In this document: one piece after another, positions 16,562 to 19,886 of the stretch
Numbering within the stretch: position 1 is the stretch's first letter
Layout of the letters: each line of letters starts with the position of its first letter
From: Kofleriaceae bacterium
GTDB lineage: Bacteria; Myxococcota_A; Polyangia; Haliangiales; Haliangiaceae
Assembly: GCA_046597055.1 (NCBI GenBank)
Contig: JBKJLC010000119.1
Coordinates: 1-19,886 of the forward strand
Direction: 5' to 3'
Length of the DNA stretch: 19,886 nucleotides
Position numbers and translations under genes: made by a program
Notes under the pieces: generated by a model
Told to the model about the DNA's origin: nothing
The model's input: only the letters and a program-made list of their open reading frames with translations
Database searches by the model: none

Positions 16562-17623
16562 ATGCCCAGTTGCGCTCGGCCCCGTCCCGGTCTTCTGCCC
16601 GCTCCGCTGCAGTACCGGGATCCGGCCCGCTATCACATCGTCTCCGAGCATGGTCGAGGCGGGGTCGGACGCGTCTACCGGGCCCGGGATAACGAGCTCG
16701 GTCGTGACGTCGCCCTGAAGGAGCTGCTTCATCGAGGCGCCTCCAGCGAGTTGCGGTTTCTGCGAGAGGCGGTCATCACCGCCCACCTCGATCATCCCGG
16801 TATTGTCCCGATCTACGACGCCGGGCGATGGCTCGACGGCACTCCGTTCTACACGATGAAGCTCATCACGGGCCGCCTTCTCAAGGAGCTCATCCAGGAG
16901 TGCACTTCGATCGACCAGCGCCTTGCCCTGGTTCCTCATGTCATCGCCGTCGCGGACGCGATCGCCTACGCCCACGCTCGCAAGATCATTCACCGGGACA
17001 TCAAGCCGTCCAACGTCATGGTCGGCGAGCTCGGGGAGACCATCGTGATCGACTGGGGTCTTTCCAAGGTCATCGCCGACGTTTCCGACGGAATCGGCAG
17101 CGTGGTTGGCTCCGGGAGCTCGCCGGCTCCAGCCGGTGACGGCGTGACGATCGTCGGCACCGTGCTGGGCACCCCCGCGTTCATGGCGCCCGAGCAAGCT
17201 CGCGGCGAACCCGTGGATGAGCGGGCCGACGTATACGCGATCGGTGCGATGCTCGAGTGCATCTTCTCGGGCGAGGCGCTGTCAGGTGGGGCGGGGCAGG
17301 CCAGTCCGCAAGCGAAGTCATCCGCTCCGCCGGGGCTGGCGGCCATCATCGCGCGGGCGATGGCGCCCGAGCGCGCATGTCGGTACCGCAACGCGTCGGC
17401 GCTGGCCGCGGCGCTCCGGGCATTCGCGACCGGGCCACGGACGGCCGCTCGTCCGTCACGCCTCGCAGTCGGAACGTGGATGCGATGGACACGCACGATG
17501 GCGACGGCGATGGCGGCGGCGCTAGCCCTGTCGATCGCTCTGGCCGCGTGTGGAGCACGAGAAATTCCGGCCGAGAGACGCGCCGACCAGGCCAACCACG
17601 CGGTCGGTTCCGACCCGCGGTGA
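16562..17623 (+). CDS. Hanks-type Ser/Thr protein kinase with C-terminal hydrophobic helix
   Basis: GRGGVGRVY, VALKE, HRDIKPSN, DWG, GTPAFMAPE, DVYAIG; start uncertain (ATG 16562 or in-frame TTG 16412). Confidence 0.9.
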   Translation: MPSCARPRPGLLPAPLQYRDPARYHIVSEHGRGGVGRVYRARDNELGRDVALKELLHRGASSELRFLREAVITAHLDHPGIVPIYDAGRWLDGTPFYTMKLITGRLLKELIQECTSIDQRLALVPHVIAVADAIAYAHARKIIHRDIKPSNVMVGELGETIVIDWGLSKVIADVSDGIGSVVGSGSSPAPAGDGVTIVGTVLGTPAFMAPEQARGEPVDERADVYAIGAMLECIFSGEALSGGAGQASPQAKSSAPPGLAAIIARAMAPERACRYRNASALAAALRAFATGPRTAARPSRLAVGTWMRWTRTMATAMAAALALSIALAACGAREIPAERRADQANHAVGSDPR

Positions 17624-19582
17624 GTGCCTGATACAGTCGGGGGAAGTGACCCCGAGGTTTCTCAGTTGACCCAGCCCCCGCGGGCCGCCAGCATTCCGCC
17701 CGTCGAGCGGGTCGGAAGCTACATCCTGCTCCGCCGGATCGGGTCCGGTGGAATGGCGGAGGTCTGGCTGGGCCGGCACGTCGTCTCGGGCGGCAGCGCA
17801 GCGGTCAAGCGGCTCGCCCCGGATGCGCGGGACCGGCCGAGCATCGTCGAGTTCCTCGCCAGCGAAGCGCGGGTGATCGCACGCCTGTCCCATCCCCACA
17901 TCGTGCCGCTGTTCGAGTACGGCGACGGGTTCGTGGTGATGCCCTACATCGAAGGCGTGACCCTCTCGCGACGGATGCAACGTCCGGTCGACGCCGCGAC
18001 CGCCATCCGCATCGTGCGTCAGGTCGCCTCCGCCCTCGCTCATGCCCACGAGCGCGGTGTCATTCACCGCGACGTCAAACCGTCGAACATCCTGCTCGAC
18101 CGCAACGAGACGGCCTACCTGTCCGACTTCGGCATCGCGGCTTCGCCGGATGGCCCCGGCCATGCGGCGGGCACGCCACGCTACATGGCGCCCGAGCAGG
18201 GCCGCGGTGAGCCGGTAGGGCCGTCGGCCGATCAATACGGACTCGCGCGAACCTTGCTCGAAGTGCTGGGCGGCGGTCACCTGCCAGGTTTGCCCGACGA
18301 GGCGTGCGCGGCCCTGCCGGCGACGCTGCCCCCCGCGCTCCGGGCGGCGCTCGAGCGCGGTCTGGCCGCCCAGCCCGCGGAGCGGTTTCCGAGCATCGCT
18401 GCGTTCGCCGATGCGCTGGCCGCGATCGACCTTCAAGGCTTCGCGCCGTCGGTTCGACTGGCTCGAGCCCAGCGCGAAGTTGCTCCGAATCCATGGCTCA
18501 CTGGCTCGCTGAGCCAGCATGCACTGGGCCCCGATATCGTCTGCGCGGAATACCGTCTGCGTGATCTCGTCGCTCGCGGGTTCCTCCGGCAGGAGGTCAT
18601 CGACCCCGCGCTTGGTCGGCTCGGTCTCGCCGACATCGGGTTTTCCGTTTACACGGCGACCGCCCGACTCGGCGCGCTCACTGATCCCGCGCTGCTGTCA
18701 CGGGTCACGGAAGTGATCGTGCTCGTCCATGGATGGACGTGCACGCGCTTTGCGTGGCGCACCATCGCGCCCTCGCTCTGTCGGGACAACCCGCTCGCGC
18801 TCGTGGTCGTGCCCGACCTCCACGGGGCCGGTGAGACTCGGTGGGTCGGCACACCTACCCGAGCGCAAGCGTCGCTGCGATCGATGGCCGACTCGGTGCT
18901 TGTGCTGGCTCGCTTGCTTGGCATCGACGCGATACCGACCGTGCTGCTCGCCCACTCGATGGGGGCCATGAGCCTGCTCACGGTCGACGACGCGGATCTG
19001 CCAGACAACGTGGCGCGAGTCCTGCTTAATCCCGTCTTCCCGTCGAAGCTGCCAGCCGTCCGCCGGGCTTTTCTCGCAGCAGCGCTGGTCGTCAGCACCC
19101 TGGGTCGGTTCGAGTGGATGAGACGTGTGCTGGTGGCGTGGGTACTCCGCGATCCGAACCTGCGTGGGCTCGCTCCGGTGGATCGCGCCGCGCTGTCTGC
19201 GAACCTGCAAGCCTGTTGGCCGGGCGCCACGGAGCGGGTCCTGATCGCGCTGGCAACCGCTCCCTTTCGTGCTGGCCGCCAGCGGCGGGTTACGCTGATC
19301 TCCGGCGTCGACGACCCGTTGATGCGGGACGAGGACGTGCTGCGGGCGGCGGCGGCGCAACTCGGGCTCGATCCCGCCCACGTGCACCGGATAGCATCGG
19401 GCGGCCACAGTCCGCATCTTTCGCTGGTCATGCATCCCGAATGGGCGGCACGCAACATCGATGAGATCGCGCGCATCGTGCAGTCGATGATCCTCACCGC
19501 GCACGAACCGACCACGACGCCGACCCTCAAACCGGCCGCTGGCGAGACCATGACCTACCGCAGCGAAAGTGGCGACGGCTGA
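17624..19582 (+). CDS. Ser/Thr protein kinase fused to an alpha/beta-hydrolase domain
   Basis: Kinase motifs GSGGMAEV, AVK, HRDVKPSN, DFG, GTPRYMAPE, DQYG. Hydrolase motifs VLVHGW, PDLHGAG, AHSMG, SGVDDP, GGHSPH. Confidence 0.88.
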   Translation: MPDTVGGSDPEVSQLTQPPRAASIPPVERVGSYILLRRIGSGGMAEVWLGRHVVSGGSAAVKRLAPDARDRPSIVEFLASEARVIARLSHPHIVPLFEYGDGFVVMPYIEGVTLSRRMQRPVDAATAIRIVRQVASALAHAHERGVIHRDVKPSNILLDRNETAYLSDFGIAASPDGPGHAAGTPRYMAPEQGRGEPVGPSADQYGLARTLLEVLGGGHLPGLPDEACAALPATLPPALRAALERGLAAQPAERFPSIAAFADALAAIDLQGFAPSVRLARAQREVAPNPWLTGSLSQHALGPDIVCAEYRLRDLVARGFLRQEVIDPALGRLGLADIGFSVYTATARLGALTDPALLSRVTEVIVLVHGWTCTRFAWRTIAPSLCRDNPLALVVVPDLHGAGETRWVGTPTRAQASLRSMADSVLVLARLLGIDAIPTVLLAHSMGAMSLLTVDDADLPDNVARVLLNPVFPSKLPAVRRAFLAAALVVSTLGRFEWMRRVLVAWVLRDPNLRGLAPVDRAALSANLQACWPGATERVLIALATAPFRAGRQRRVTLISGVDDPLMRDEDVLRAAAAQLGLDPAHVHRIASGGHSPHLSLVMHPEWAARNIDEIARIVQSMILTAHEPTTTPTLKPAAGETMTYRSESGDG

Positions 19583-19770
19583 CGCCCCGTCAGCTGAAGA
19601 TCCGCCGCTGCGCGTCTCGGCACGACCTGGCAGGGTCCGCATATACCCGTCACAACTCGGGCAGCGGGGGGCAGGTGGCGTCCCCAGGGAGCCGAGTCGC
19701 CAGCAATCTGACAGGAGCTTTCAGGATCGGAGATCCTTGTCCGGCAGGCACCGGCTATCATGTGCGCAGC

Positions 19771-19886
19771 GTGCAGGTCGAGGTAACACCGTCGGTGCAG
19801 GGCGTCTTCCCACCGGGCGGGCTGACGGCCCCGGAGCAGGTCGGGAGCTACGTCCTGGTGCGGCGGATCGGCTCGGGCGGGATGGC
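19771..19886 (+). CDS. Ser/Thr kinase, 5' part (runs off window), paralog of 17624-19582
   Basis: VQVEVTPSVQGVFPPGGLTAPEQVGSYVLVRRIGSGGM versus ERVGSYILLRRIGSGGM in the upstream kinase; TATCAT box at 19756-19761. Confidence 0.8.
   Translation, partial: MQVEVTPSVQGVFPPGGLTAPEQVGSYVLVRRIGSGGM

Noticed and set aside
19578..19594. GCTGACG-CCC-CGTCAGC hairpin as an intrinsic terminator
   Set aside because: Short stem overlapping the stop codon, with no U-tract.

Overview
Very high-GC window whose gene content (FHA-sigma54 activator, DWG-type Ser/Thr kinases, pseudo-receiver/DUF4388-like/J-like protein) suggests Myxococcota; this is an inference. Left to right: (1) a complete ISL3 element (1-1562) that appears to have cut a minus-strand lipoprotein gene after codon 25. 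(2) An isolated type III/flagellar export-gate set, fliO-fliP-fliQ-fliR plus a convergent flhB, with no flhA, ATPase or ring genes in the window. Several gating motifs are altered: the FliP Met loop and Gln pair, FliQ glutamines, the FliR plug region and the FlhB NPTH autocleavage site. (3) A housekeeping run: galU, priA, a pseudo-receiver/low-complexity/DUF4388-like/HPD-less J protein, fmt, rsmB, rpe. (4) A signalling module: an FHA-sigma54 activator divergent from a -24/-12 promoter, then a membrane Ser/Thr kinase, a kinase-alpha/beta-hydrolase fusion and the start of a paralogous kinase. Several genes have a TAnnnT box 6-7 nt before the start codon, suggesting leaderless mRNAs. All family calls come from motif recognition by eye, not database searches.
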